NCBI GenBank assembly: GCA_963668695.2
Contig: CAXXLQ010000004.1
Span: 1,696,001-1,760,000 of the forward strand
Reading direction: 5' to 3'
DNA from: Vicinamibacteria bacterium
GTDB lineage: Bacteria > Acidobacteriota > Vicinamibacteria > Marinacidobacterales > Marinacidobacteraceae
Length of the DNA stretch: 64,000 nt
A program made the position numbers and the translations under genes. The notes under the pieces are model-generated. The model was not told the DNA's origin. It did no database searches and worked only from the letters and a program-made list of their open reading frames with translations. Numbering within the stretch: the first letter of the stretch is position 1; every line of letters begins with the position of its first letter. Positions 18,079-29,559 of this stretch are shown here, piece after piece.

Positions 18079-20328
18079 ATGCCAGCGGACTCCCCGGTCG
18101 TCGGTATGGATCCGGTGCAGGTCCTTGCCGACAGCCCGCTTATGCGGGGCGCCGGCCACTCGAGCCTGGATGGTTTGCGCGCCGAACTGGAATCCGTTGC
18201 TCTCGACGAAGACGCGCTCCTCCGACTCGACGGAACCGGAGGCGGTGCGCTCTACTTCGTCGCGTCCGGCCGCCTGGAGATCGTCCAGTCCCTGACGGAC
18301 GGCGGCGCGGTTGGCGACCAGCGGGTACTGGCCACGATCGTCCCCGGCGATGTCGTGAGCGAAATGCGGGCGCCCACCGGCGACGAGGGCGCGGCCGTCC
18401 TCAGGGCCGCTACCGAGGCGCATCTCGTCACGCTCTCCAAGGAACGGTTCGATCGCCACCTCGGCAGGCATCCCGAAATCTCGGGGAGGTTGCGGACGAT
18501 CCTGTCGCCCCGGTTCTACCACCGGGAACTGGTGCGCGTACTGGGGGAGATGTTCGGCGACCTGACGGAAGAACTGCTGGGGGACATCGAGCAGCGATTG
18601 GCCTGGCGGCACGTCGCCCGCGAGGACGTCCTGGTGCGGCAAGGCGAGCCCGCGGAGGGATTGTTCGTCATTGTCAGCGGGCGCCTCCGGGAACTGGCGG
18701 AAACGGGTGGCGGGACCAAGGTGGTCCTCGAAAGCGCTGCGGGTCAGGTTGTCGGGTCGACAAGCGTCTTCAGCGACACGGTGCAAAGCACCACCGTCGT
18801 TGCCGCGCGCGACTCGATGCTGCTCGAGTTTTCGCGCGAGGGCTTTCGCGAACTGGCGGGTCGCTATCCGAAGCTCCACGAATGGCTGGCGCGGCTGTTG
18901 TCCATTCGCCTGCACGGCGTTCTGCACGAGACCCGGCCCCGGCAACCGGGCACCAACATCCTCCTCGTTCCGGCCAGCGACGGCGCGCCGCTGGAGGAAT
19001 TCGCCCGCCAGCTTGCGGAGGCGCTGTCGCGTGGTGCGGCCTGCGCCCTCGTCACCAGCGCGCGGCTGGATGCGCTGCTTGGCGTTGCCGGCATTGCGCA
19101 GGCGCCGGAGGGGAGCCCCGAGGACCTTCGCCTCCGCGCCTGGCTGCAGGGGCAGGAGACGCATCACCGGTACACGATCTACGTGCCCGATCCGACGCTG
19201 ACGAATTGGACCAGGCTCTGCAACCGGCAGGCCGACGAGGTGGTTGCCGTCGGGGTGGCCACCGCCGCACCGGGCTTGACCGAGGTGGAAGCGGAGACGC
19301 TGCGCTCAGAGGGTCAAAGGCGGGCGAAGTCCCGGATGACGCTCGTTCTGCTGCACCCGCCCTCGACCGTGAGACCTCGGGGGACGGAGCGATGGCTGAA
19401 GGAACGACGCGTTGACCGCCATTTCCACCTGCGCGAGAGCGACCGCGGCGATCTTGAGCGTTTTGTCCGGTACGTGTCCGGGAGTGAAGTCGGGCTGGTC
19501 CTCAGCGGGGGCGGTTCACGCGGCTTTGCGCATGCCGGGGTCATCAGGGCTATTGGTGAAGCCGGACTGCCCATCGACATGATTGCCGGGGTGAGCATGG
19601 GCGCCATCATCGGCGCCGCGTTTGCCTTAACCGAGGACTTCGACGCCAGGGTGCGGTCCCTGAAGGAGCGGTTCAAGAAGGCATTCGGCGACTACACCCT
19701 GCCGTTTGTGTCCCTCACCCGGGGGCGGCGGTTCGACCGGATGCTGCAGTCCGTTTTCGGCGATGCGAACATCGAAGACTTGTGGATCCCTTATTTCTGC
19801 GTATCCAGCAACATCACCCGCGCCGATATCGTCGTGCACCGGGCCGGACCGGTGTGGTGGTCGCTGCGGGCTACCAGCAGCCTGCCGGGGCTGGTGCCTC
19901 CGGTGGTTCACAACGGCGAACTGCTCTACGACGGCTGTTTGTTGAACAATCTGCCGATGGACGTGATGCGAGAGGAGATCAAGGGCGGACGGCTGGTTGC
20001 CGTGGATGTCGTACCGCCCCTGGACGCCGATCTTGGCGCCGTGGGGGAGCCGAGCCCCTCCGGCTGGAGGACTGCCTGGAACCGGATCAACCCCTGGGGT
20101 CCGGCGATCCGGATGCCCGGCATCGTTTCGGTTCTGCAACGCGCCAGCACGCTGGGCAGCATCTACAACCGGCAGCGGATGATCAGCGAGGACATCGCCG
20201 ACCTCTACATCAGACCGCCCGTGGAGCAGCTCAAGATCCTGGACACCAGCGTCGCCGACGAGGCTGATCGCCTCGGTTATGCCCACGGTGTAACCGAGCT
20301 GGCCGCCTGGGCGAGGCATGAGCGGTAG
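18079..20328 (+). CDS. NTE-type patatin phospholipase with two cNMP-binding domains
   Basis: Two cNMP-type domains (LYFVASGRLEI; LFVIVSGRL), then LSGGGSRGFAH, GVSMG and DGC in place of DGG. Confidence 0.9.
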   Translation: MPADSPVVGMDPVQVLADSPLMRGAGHSSLDGLRAELESVALDEDALLRLDGTGGGALYFVASGRLEIVQSLTDGGAVGDQRVLATIVPGDVVSEMRAPTGDEGAAVLRAATEAHLVTLSKERFDRHLGRHPEISGRLRTILSPRFYHRELVRVLGEMFGDLTEELLGDIEQRLAWRHVAREDVLVRQGEPAEGLFVIVSGRLRELAETGGGTKVVLESAAGQVVGSTSVFSDTVQSTTVVAARDSMLLEFSREGFRELAGRYPKLHEWLARLLSIRLHGVLHETRPRQPGTNILLVPASDGAPLEEFARQLAEALSRGAACALVTSARLDALLGVAGIAQAPEGSPEDLRLRAWLQGQETHHRYTIYVPDPTLTNWTRLCNRQADEVVAVGVATAAPGLTEVEAETLRSEGQRRAKSRMTLVLLHPPSTVRPRGTERWLKERRVDRHFHLRESDRGDLERFVRYVSGSEVGLVLSGGGSRGFAHAGVIRAIGEAGLPIDMIAGVSMGAIIGAAFALTEDFDARVRSLKERFKKAFGDYTLPFVSLTRGRRFDRMLQSVFGDANIEDLWIPYFCVSSNITRADIVVHRAGPVWWSLRATSSLPGLVPPVVHNGELLYDGCLLNNLPMDVMREEIKGGRLVAVDVVPPLDADLGAVGEPSPSGWRTAWNRINPWGPAIRMPGIVSVLQRASTLGSIYNRQRMISEDIADLYIRPPVEQLKILDTSVADEADRLGYAHGVTELAAWARHER

Positions 20329-21171
20329 CCCGTCCTTCACGACGCGACGGCGCAACAACAGCGCCACCGCCCAAATACTCGTTCCACTGCGCGAAGAGGG
20401 CGGCAAACCGCCACTCTTTCACATCCCCGCGGGTTACGGCGACATGCGTTTCTTCAAGCACGCCGCGGAAGGGCTCGATGAGGGGCGGCCGGTCTACGGC
20501 TTGCAGCCCCCGGGGTCGTCAACGGCGTCCGTGAAAAGCCGCTCGACTGGCTGATATCCGAATACATCAAGCAGATCAAGAGAGTTCAGAAGACCGGACC
20601 CTATTGCTTGTCAGGGTTCTCCGGCGGCGGGTTGCTTGCCGTCGAGACGGCGAAGACGCTGATCGAGGCCGGAGACCGCGTTGCCTTTCTCGCGGTCATC
20701 GACCCGCCTCTCCGGGTGTCGCGCTGTTTGACGCTGTTCTACGTGAGCCTCTACAAGCTCTGCAAGCTGACGCCGACCGCCGACAGAATCCGGTGGCGGA
20801 TCATCCGCCGCTCAGGCAACCGCCTCTTGCGCTGGGTGTCGGACGAGGGCATGCGGACGCACATGGCGATCTTCCGGGATCTCGAGGTCAGGTCCTATCC
20901 CGGCTGCCTGATCTACATCGGCCCCGAAAGGTCGTGGATACGAGGGCTGAACCGGACCCAGATCGGCAGATCCTGGCTCAAGGTCGCGCGGGACGGGACG
21001 GAGGTCCATTGGACTCCCGGCACCCATCATTCGATGCTGTTGCCAGGACATGTGGAACGTGTCAGCGCCATCCTTCGAGATTGCCTCGTGCGCAGCGACG
21101 CCGCCGATTCGGCAACCCGTTCCGGGCTTCCTCGTGACCCTGCCGTAGCGGATCGCGGGTCGCTGACCTGA
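20318..21171 (+). CDS. Thioesterase-like alpha/beta hydrolase with a frameshift near 20505-20520
   Basis: PLREEGGKPPLFHIP...PVYGLQ continues in another frame as YIKQIKRVQKTGPYCLSGFSGGG...PGTHHSML; the shift lies at a C5G4 run. Confidence 0.75.
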
Positions 21172-21232
21172 GCGGAGCCTGTCGAGGGGTAGCGCGAATC
21201 GCCGCTGCGGCTGCCGCCAGCGGCGCTGCCCG

Positions 21233-21685
21233 TTAGTCCGTCGAGGGCCGGGCGGGGCGCTCTTTGAACTCGAACTCCTGCTGGCAGCACCAGCAGGGCC
21301 CCGGCAGGTGCGAGGTGATGTTGCAGGTGAAGCAGAAGTAGTAGGGCTCGATCGCCTCGCCGTTTTGGATCGTGTGGAGGCGGATGATCTTTCCGAGGCC
21401 GTCCTCCTGCCAGAGGGCGACCTCCAGCGGATGCATGTTCACCCGTTCGTCGGTGAGGATCTCCACCCGCAGGTCCGCCGGGTCCAGCCGGTGGATCGTG
21501 CCGTCGGGGGATTCGATCCCGAATTCCTCGCCGAAAGAGCACTCGGCGACCGGTCCCGGGGCGCCGTCCTTCAGGCAGATCGCGCGTCCGGAAACGATGA
21601 CCTCACGGCCTTCCCGGGCGGCTTTCGCCACGGCGGGTGCGGCAAACAGGAGGAGCGTTGCCCGCAGCGCCTCGCGTCTCTGCAT
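21233..21685 (-). CDS. Exported hypothetical protein with C-terminal Cys cluster
   Basis: MQRREALR leader; YYFCFTCNITSHLPGPCWCCQ. Confidence 0.72.
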   Translation of the reverse strand: MQRREALRATLLLFAAPAVAKAAREGREVIVSGRAICLKDGAPGPVAECSFGEEFGIESPDGTIHRLDPADLRVEILTDERVNMHPLEVALWQEDGLGKIIRLHTIQNGEAIEPYYFCFTCNITSHLPGPCWCCQQEFEFKERPARPSTD

Positions 21686-21822
21686 CGTCCGCGAAGGCTA
21701 GCAGGGTTGGGGCCGTTGGCGTTCCCTTTGACAGCGGCGCTGAGGGCGGGTGAAGTGGTAGCCGGGGCTCTTGCTTCAAGGCAGACGCCCCGCCCGAATC
21801 CACGAAGAATCAGGAGGCACGA

Positions 21823-24800
21823 ATGAAGTCCAACCCTGCACGTTTCCTGGCCCTCTTGCTGTTGGGGGCTACGTCGGGAGCCGCGCCCGAAGCACCGCAG
21901 TCCTCCGGCGCGGAGAACGTCATCTTCGACCTCGCCGCCTACCAAGCCCTCAAGTACCGCATGATCGGGCCGCACAAGGGGTCCCGGGTCACCGCCGTGA
22001 CCGGAATCGCCGAACAACCCTGGACCTACTTCATGGGGACGAACGGCGGCGGTCTGTGGAAAACGACGGACGCCGGGGAGAGCTGGGTGAACGTCTCGGA
22101 CGGCTACTACACCTCGAGTTCCATCGGCGCGATCGACGTGGCCGACTCTGACCCTGCCGTCGTCTATGTCGGCACCGGCTCGGCCTGCATCCGGGGGAAC
22201 GTCTCCCCGGGGGACGGCATCTACAAGTCCACGGACGGCGGGGATAGCTGGACCCATCTCGGTCTCCGCGACGCCGGGCAGATCGGCCGCCTGGTCGTCC
22301 ATCCCGAGAACCCGGACGTTGCCTACGCGGCGGTCCTCGGCCATGCCTTCGGGCCGAGCGAGATGCGCGGCGTCTTCCGGACCACCGACGGCGGCGCGAG
22401 CTGGGAGAAGGTGCTCTACGTCAGCGAACGGACCGGCGCGAACGACATCGCGATGGACCCCTCGGACCCGAACGTCCTCTACGCCACCATGTGGACCGGG
22501 GAGCGAAAGCCCTGGACCATGATTTCAGGCAGCGAAGAGGGGGGCATTTACAAGACCACGGACGGCGGGGATACCTGGGCGCAGCTCGAAAACGGACTCC
22601 CCACCGGGATGATCGGGCGGACGGGCATCAGCGTCTCCGCCGCGAACCCGAACCGGGTCTGGGCGCTCGTGGAAGCGCGGGACGGCGGCGTCTATCGCTC
22701 GGACGACGCCGGCGCGTCCTTCATGCTCGTCAATGACGACCGTGAACTTCAGAACCGGCCCTGGTACTACATGCACATCGTCGCGGACCCGGTGGACGAG
22801 GACCGGGTGTACGTGGTGAGCCGCTTTTTCCACCGCTCCGACGATGCGGGGGAGACCTTCGATCTCATCGCCACCCCGCACGGCGACAACCACGACCTCT
22901 GGATCAACCCCGAGAACAACGCGGTCCTGATCGAGGGGAACGACGGGGGCGCGAATATCTCCTGGAACGCCGGCAGCACCTGGTCGAGCCAGTTGAACCA
23001 GCCGACCTCCGAGATGTACCGCGTGAGCGTGGACAACCAGTTCCCCTACCGGGTGTACGGCTCGGCGCAGGACAACTGGGAGGTGCTCTCGGTGCCCAGT
23101 CGCTCGGGTCACTACGGAATGCGGCTCCAGCTCCAGCACTGGGACGGCGTCGGCGGCATGGAGGGCGGGGTTGCGGTGATCCGGCCCGACAACCCGGACA
23201 TCGTCTACGCCGGGAGCACGAGCGGCGCCATCACCCGTTACGACCGCTCCACCGGCCAGATCCGCCCGATCAAGGCCTACCCCGAGGTCGGCGGGTTGCC
23301 CGCGAAGCATCTTCGCTACCGCTTCCAGCGGACCGCGCCCATCGTCCTCTCACCGCATGACCCGAACGTCCTCTACCACGCCTCGCACGTGGTCCACCGT
23401 TCCACGAACGAGGGGCAGAGCTGGGAGGTCATCAGCCCCGACCTGACCACCGGTGATCCCGAGAGGATCAACACCTGGGGCGGCCCCATCACCCGGGAGG
23501 TCTCGAGCGAGGAGGTCTACTGCACGATCTTCGCGCTGGCGGAATCGAAGCATTTGCCGGGGGTGCTCTGGGCGGGCACCGACGACGGTCTCGTCCACCT
23601 CTCGCGGGACGCCGGGGAGAACTGGAAGAACATCACCCCGGCGGCTATGCCGGACTCGGGGACGGTGAACATCCTGGAGGTCTCGCCGCACGCGGCGGGC
23701 CGGGCCTTCATCTCGGTGGTCCGCTTCCGGCTCGACGACTTCCGGCCCTACGTGTTCCGTACCGACGACTTCGGCGAAAGCTGGGAACTCCTCACCGACG
23801 GGACGAACGGGATCCCGGCCGACCAGTTCGTGCGGGTGGTCCGCGAGGATCCAGACCGGAAGGGACTTCTCTACGCCGGGACCGAGTACGGGGTGTTCGT
23901 CTCTTTCGACGACGGGGCGCACTGGCAGTCGCTGCAACTCAACTTCCCGGTGGCGCCGGTCACCGACCTGGTGGTCCACGAGAAGGATCTGGTCCTGTCC
24001 ACCAAGGGCCGTTCCTTCTGGATCCTGGACGACCTGTCGCCGCTCCACCAGTTGACGGACGAGGTGGCGGCGTCGGCGGCGCACCTCTTCGCGCCGCGAG
24101 CGATCCACCGGGTGCGAACTGCGGAAGAGGAAGCGGTGGATGAGTACGTGGGCGGCTGGCGGTCGGTCGCGAACCCCCGCGACCTCTACGGCGGCGCCCG
24201 CATCACCCGGGACCGCCAGGGCACGGACTCCCCGAACGGCGCGACGATCTACACCTGGTTCGCGGAGGCTCCCGAAGGCGAAGTGACCCTCGAGATCCTG
24301 GATGCGGCCGGGGAAGTCGTCCGCCGATTCTCCAATCAGGACGATCCGCCGGATCCTTCCGTGATCGCGCGGCCGGAGGCGCCCTTCTTCAAGGAGGAGA
24401 GCGCCTTCTCCCGGGCGGGGCTGAACCGTTTCGTCTGGGATGTGAGGCACGCCTCGGCGTACGGCGGCTCGCCGCTCGGGCCGCTGGTGGTGCCGGGCGC
24501 TTATCAGGTTCGCGTTTCGACTGAGGGTTGGAGCGGAACCCAGCCCATTGAGGTGTTGCCCGATCCGCGGGTCACGACCACCTCCGAGGAGTTCCAGAGC
24601 CAGTTCGATTTGTTGCTGAAGCTGCGCGACCGGATCAGCGACCTCCACCGGGCGGTGGCGGAGATCCGCGAAATGCGGGAGGGGGCGTCCGCGTCCGTCG
24701 CGGACCGGCTCACCATGATCGAGCGCGAGCTGGTGCCGCTCCCCGAGGACTACGACCGCGAGGATCAGGACTACGCCCCGAAGCTGATCCAGCAGCTCGA

Positions 24801-24948
24801 CCTCCTCTACGGCTACGTGGAGGGCGCCGACTCGCAGCCGACGGACGCCGCCTTCGAGCGATTCGACGACCTGGACCCGGTCCTCAGCGGCCTGCTGGAG
24901 GAACTCCGGCGGGTCGTGGAGAGCGCCGACTTGGGGCAGGGGTCCTGA
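21823..24948 (+). CDS. VPS10/BNR (Asp-box) repeat glycosyl hydrolase-like secreted protein
   Basis: Many (S/T)xDGGxxW repeats; AGGAGG SD; signal peptide. Confidence 0.9.
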   Translation: MKSNPARFLALLLLGATSGAAPEAPQSSGAENVIFDLAAYQALKYRMIGPHKGSRVTAVTGIAEQPWTYFMGTNGGGLWKTTDAGESWVNVSDGYYTSSSIGAIDVADSDPAVVYVGTGSACIRGNVSPGDGIYKSTDGGDSWTHLGLRDAGQIGRLVVHPENPDVAYAAVLGHAFGPSEMRGVFRTTDGGASWEKVLYVSERTGANDIAMDPSDPNVLYATMWTGERKPWTMISGSEEGGIYKTTDGGDTWAQLENGLPTGMIGRTGISVSAANPNRVWALVEARDGGVYRSDDAGASFMLVNDDRELQNRPWYYMHIVADPVDEDRVYVVSRFFHRSDDAGETFDLIATPHGDNHDLWINPENNAVLIEGNDGGANISWNAGSTWSSQLNQPTSEMYRVSVDNQFPYRVYGSAQDNWEVLSVPSRSGHYGMRLQLQHWDGVGGMEGGVAVIRPDNPDIVYAGSTSGAITRYDRSTGQIRPIKAYPEVGGLPAKHLRYRFQRTAPIVLSPHDPNVLYHASHVVHRSTNEGQSWEVISPDLTTGDPERINTWGGPITREVSSEEVYCTIFALAESKHLPGVLWAGTDDGLVHLSRDAGENWKNITPAAMPDSGTVNILEVSPHAAGRAFISVVRFRLDDFRPYVFRTDDFGESWELLTDGTNGIPADQFVRVVREDPDRKGLLYAGTEYGVFVSFDDGAHWQSLQLNFPVAPVTDLVVHEKDLVLSTKGRSFWILDDLSPLHQLTDEVAASAAHLFAPRAIHRVRTAEEEAVDEYVGGWRSVANPRDLYGGARITRDRQGTDSPNGATIYTWFAEAPEGEVTLEILDAAGEVVRRFSNQDDPPDPSVIARPEAPFFKEESAFSRAGLNRFVWDVRHASAYGGSPLGPLVVPGAYQVRVSTEGWSGTQPIEVLPDPRVTTTSEEFQSQFDLLLKLRDRISDLHRAVAEIREMREGASASVADRLTMIERELVPLPEDYDREDQDYAPKLIQQLDLLYGYVEGADSQPTDAAFERFDDLDPVLSGLLEELRRVVESADLGQGS

Positions 24949-24970
24949 CTCAGGATGTCGCCGCCGGTAG

Positions 24971-25030
24971 GGGAACGCCGCCAGTCCTCCCGGTGGGGAC
25001 CTTCAGACCGGCATCGTCCGCCGCCGGCGG
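24971..25030 (+). repeat. REP-like palindrome interrupted by the 19-bp module
   Basis: GGGAACGCCG-CCAGTCCTCCCGGTGGGGAC-CTTCAGACCGGCATCG. Confidence 0.7.
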
Positions 25031-25092
25031 GCCAAACCGCGTAGTGCCCACAGCCCTCGAGGTGCCGACGCAAACTCGCAAAGGAGTTCGCT

Positions 25093-28000
25093 ATGAATAG
25101 GAAGTCCACCGCGTGGGTCCTCGGAAGCCTCGCCGCCCTCGCCCTCCTCTACTCGGCCTCCGCCGGGAAGGCCCAACCGGACAGTTCCTCGGGCGGCTCC
25201 CTGGCCGGCCTCGAAGACGTCTTCGCCCCCGGCGTCTTCCTCGAGGACCGGAACGGGGATGGAGTGGTGGACTTCATCAACGCCCGGATCGTGCTGCCGG
25301 CCGACGCGGTGCCCGAGGAGGTGGCCGCGGCCGCCAACATCGCGGCCCGGCTCGGCTTCGAGTCCTCCGCCTTCACTCCGGGGCTGGCGGTTCTCGATTC
25401 CGACATCGCTCCCGGAGCGGACAGCCCGCCGCTCTTCCTGGTTGGCAGGTCGAACCGCTGGGTGAGCCGTCTCGAGGAGGAAGGGCGCATCGACCTGTCC
25501 CGCCTGACCCCGGGGCAGGGGCTCTTCGCCATCGTCTCCGCGCCCTTTGGGGGCGCGGACGCGGTGGTGGTGGCCGGCGCGGACCCGGCGGGAACCCTGT
25601 ATGCGGCGAGTTCGGCCTCGGCGCGGCTTCCCTACCTCTGGCAACTCCGGAGCGACACGCTCTCTTCGGTGATGGAAGACGTCGAGTCCTTCCTCTCCGA
25701 GAGCCGCGTCGAGGTGAACGACGTGCAGCCCACCGAGGCGATGTACGAGAAGGGTCGGGAGGAGGTAGGCCGTCTCGTCCTCAGTCTCGACGTCGTGAAC
25801 CCCCCGGACGCGGCCGAAGTGCTCGACGAACTCGCCGCCGACCACCGGGTGGGACAGGCGAGCTTCACGGACCGGCGGGCGGTGCGGCTCAACTACTACG
25901 GCGCGGGAGCCCTCGATTTCCAGCTTCCCGACGGCACCGGCGTCATCCTGGACCGGTTCGGCCCGCCCTACAAGAGCGGGTTCCCCGACAATCCGTGGAG
26001 GCCGAAGGTCAAACCGCTGGACCTGACCCGGCTCTACTCGACCGCGGGACTCCTCGGCGACTCGCGCGGAGACGATCAGATCCCGGATGAGTCGGAGACG
26101 GTGCTCATCATCGGTTCCGGGGTGGGGCCCGTACTGGGCGCGGTGGACCTCGCCGCGCGGATCGGAGTCGAGACCACCGGCCTGACCCTGCCGCTGGCGC
26201 ACGTGGAAGACGACATCGGCGACCCTTCGCTCCTCCCGAACCCGTGCTGATCGGCCCGGGGGATCTGGTCTCGTCGCTGCCGCGCGGAGCGGATCTCCCG
26301 GCCGGGGAGGGTGTCGTGGAAGTCGTTCCCGGCGCCTTCGGGGAGTTTCCGGCGGTGGTCGTCCGCGGGGGTGACGCCGCGGGGCTCGACGCCGCGACGG
26401 CGTATCTGGCCGGCAGGCTTCCCGCGCTCTGGGAGACCCGCCGCGGCGAGGTGGACTTCGAGTCCATCGAGGAGGACGCGCGGGCCTTCTTGCGATCGCG
26501 GTCCAGCGCCGGGCAGGCGGCGCGGGCGCTCGTGCACCTCGACGACCTGAGCGGCATGTGGGCCGGCGGCAACGTCGAGTCGCTCGAAGTGGACGTCTAC
26601 CTCGAAGAGGCGGATGCGGACGTCGGCGCTTTTCTCGAGCAGCGCCTCAAAGAGCGGACCGGCGTGCCACAGGTTTCGGTGACGGCAGCTTCTCGCTATG
26701 GGCCGGTCACGGTGTTCGACGAGCAACTCGACCTCGGCTGGGAGGTGGACGAGCTCCGCGAGCGTTTCGCGGCGGAGGTGGTTTCGAGAGTGGGCGCCGG
26801 GGACCGCGTGGACGTCGAGATCCTGGTGAGCGAGCCGCCGGAGCTTCGGATGAGGCTCCAGTCGGAATTCGAAGCCGCACTCCGGGAAGCCGGCGCGGCG
26901 GAGACCCGGGTCCGGGTCATCAGCGCCTACAAGCAGGGGTTCAGTTGGCTTGCCGACTACGTGATGCCGGCGGTCCGGGGCCAGGACGTCGGCCGGATCA
27001 CGGTGCGGTTCCCCACCGCTCACTATCCGGAGAACGAGCGCTGGTACGGGCAGGACATCCGCTGGCTCCAGGAGATCTTCCCGATCGACTGGATCCTGGC
27101 CCGGGAACTCGGCATCGAGGTGGACGACACCGAGTTCGTGAAGGTGGATGAGGGACCGATCGAATACCAGGTGGAGGTCACGGACGAGCTGGGGCGGGTG
27201 CTCCTTGTGGACCGCTTCGCCCCGCGTTTCACGACCCGCGAGTACTTCCCCTACCGCCCGACGGCGAAGGTCCACTACACGACGGGCGGGTTCCGGGCGC
27301 TCGTGAACGGGGAGGAGGTCGCCGAGGTCCACGTCCGCACCGACCCCGAACGGCTTTGGGACTACTACCAGCAGGACGCGCAGCCCCGGATGTTCGACTT
27401 TGCGCGGGAGTACACGAGGGGGGACCTGAGCCTCAAGAACCAGCCCTTCTTCCGCGATTTCATCGTGGACATCAAGATGAGTGAGCCGGACGCCCGGCTG
27501 GACCTCGACGAGGAGCGGATCTCTTCGCTCGACTCGCTGCACGAGGATCTCACCTTCACGACGATCGATTTCTGGAGCATCTTCAGCGGACAGGAATCGG
27601 GGAGCCGGGAAGTCGCCCCCGGGCGGCTCATGCCCATGATCCATCCCCCCCGGGAGGGCCCGCCGGAGGTGCGCGTCACCTTCGTCGGGAACGCGGTGCC
27701 GCACCCCGAGCTCGCGGTGAAGTGGACGACACGGAGCGGAGCGGTCGGCGAGCGCCGGATCGGGCTGACCGAGCTGGACGTTTCACCGCCCCGCATCACC
27801 TCGGTGAGGGTCCGGGCGGGGGCCGAGGGCGCCGCCAGCCTCACGGCGAGCGTCGAGGCGGAGCACTTCGAGGCTGCCCGGACCCTCGGCCGGATGGTCG
27901 AGGGTCTCGGCGAGATGCAAGCTGCTGGGGGGCTCCCGACCGCGCTCGGCTACGCGCGCCTCGAGGAGCTCGTGCTTTCCGCTCGGATCGGAAACGCGGC

Positions 28001-29264
28001 GATCGAGGCGGCGGTGCGGCCGCCGGACCCGGGCCTCCTGCCGCGGCCCGGGGACTTCCCCACCATCGAACCGACGCCCGGCGAACGGTTCGTCACCTGG
28101 GATCACGTGATCGGTCCGGACGAGTTGGAGGAGGAACTCATCCCCCGTCTCCAGACGTTCCCCGAGATCAACGCCTACGCCGCCGGCCGCACCTACCGGG
28201 GCCGGAACGTTTGGGCAATCGACGCGATGCTGCCGCACGAGGCGGCACTCTTTTCGCAGGCGAAGGCCAGCGCCCTGAAGCCGGTCCTCTTCCTCACCAC
28301 CCGCCAGCACTCGAACGAAGTGTCGGCGACCAGTTCGGCCTTGCGGTTCATGGAACTGGTGGCGACCGACCCGGATTACCGGAAGTACCTGGAGCGGATG
28401 AACATCGTCTACAACCCGATGGAGAACCCGGACGGCGCCGCGAACCACCACGAGTTCTACAAGCTCCGGCCGACCTACATCCTGCACGGCGGCTACTGGA
28501 GTTCAGTGGCGCGCGACGTTGGTGCCTACATCTGGGACGACGATCCGCTGCTTCCGGAGGCGTTGGTGCGGCGCCAGCTCTACTACCGCTGGCTGCCGGA
28601 CGTGTACATGAACCCCCACGGCTACCCGAGCCACGAGTGGGTCCACCAGTTCGCCGGCTACAAGGTGCCCTGGTTCCTCGCGTTCTGGATCCCGCGCGGC
28701 TATCACATCAACCTCCACCACATCGACGACCCGAACTACCCCGACCACAAGGCGGTGGGCAGCGAGCTGCGCGAGCGCATCATCGAGGAGGTCCAGGGGG
28801 TGGACGACATCCGCGCCGCGAACTCGCGGTTCGTCCACCGCTTCGAGAAGTACGCCCGGCGCTACCAGCCCGACCCCTTCCGCCTCGAGATCTACCAAGG
28901 CATGAACATCCTGTTCGACTACAGCTATTCCTTCCGGGAGGGCGGTTCGTTCAGCGACGAGATCTACGTGAGCTCCATGTGGAAGCGGCCCGACCCGAAC
29001 GGCCGGAGCTTTCTCGAGCGCTACCCCCAGATCACCGTGCTCGATCTCGGCTGCGACATGCCCGACGAGACGGCGGGCCCAGAGTGGATGGAAAAGGTCG
29101 CCGCCAGGGGCCAGTTCGGCTACCTGATGTCGGTAGTGAAGCTGCTCTACGAGAGCGACTGGGAAGTCCAGCGCTTCGAGGAGGACTTCACCGACGGCGT
29201 CCGGCTATCCCTCTTCCGCCCCCGCCCGATCAAGGCGGACCGGCGAGCCCAGTTCACGCAGTAG
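25093..29264 (+). CDS. Large secreted M14 zinc carboxypeptidase family protein, split by a frameshift near 26244
   Basis: Signal peptide and DRNGDGVVD at the start. One extra C in AACCCGTG would join both ORFs (NPVLIG). C-terminal RQHSNE, NPMENPDG and YMNPHG M14 motifs. Confidence 0.82.
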
Positions 29265-29309
29265 GGGGACCGGCGGGGCCGCCAATCAAGCAAGGCGGCA
29301 CCGCCGGCC

Positions 29310-29400
29310 AGGGACCGCCGACCTCCGGTCGGCATCGCCGCGCGACAGCCCCGCGCAACGTCCATCCGCGACCTCCGTGAAGCGCACGCACGCGGGGTCA
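29310..29400 (+). repeat. REP-like palindromic element
   Basis: GGGACCGCCGACCTCCGGTCGGCATCG...CGTGAAGCGC; similar to the reverse complement of 51390-51510. Confidence 0.6.
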
Positions 29401-29559
29401 CCGCCTGTGCGATCACCCGCGTCCAAGCGGGCGGGGCGACGCGGCGGTCAGCCTCACCTGCAGGGACGAAGCGACCGGCTCCACCAGATCCTCCTTTCCC
29501 GGGATGACGAGTGTTACGGAGGCCGACGCCCGCCGCGCCGGTAAGCTATTCGACGCACC

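Noticed and set aside
18079-20328. CBASS/Pycsar effector
   Set aside because: NTE-type architecture, with no CD-NTase or cyclase gene in the window.
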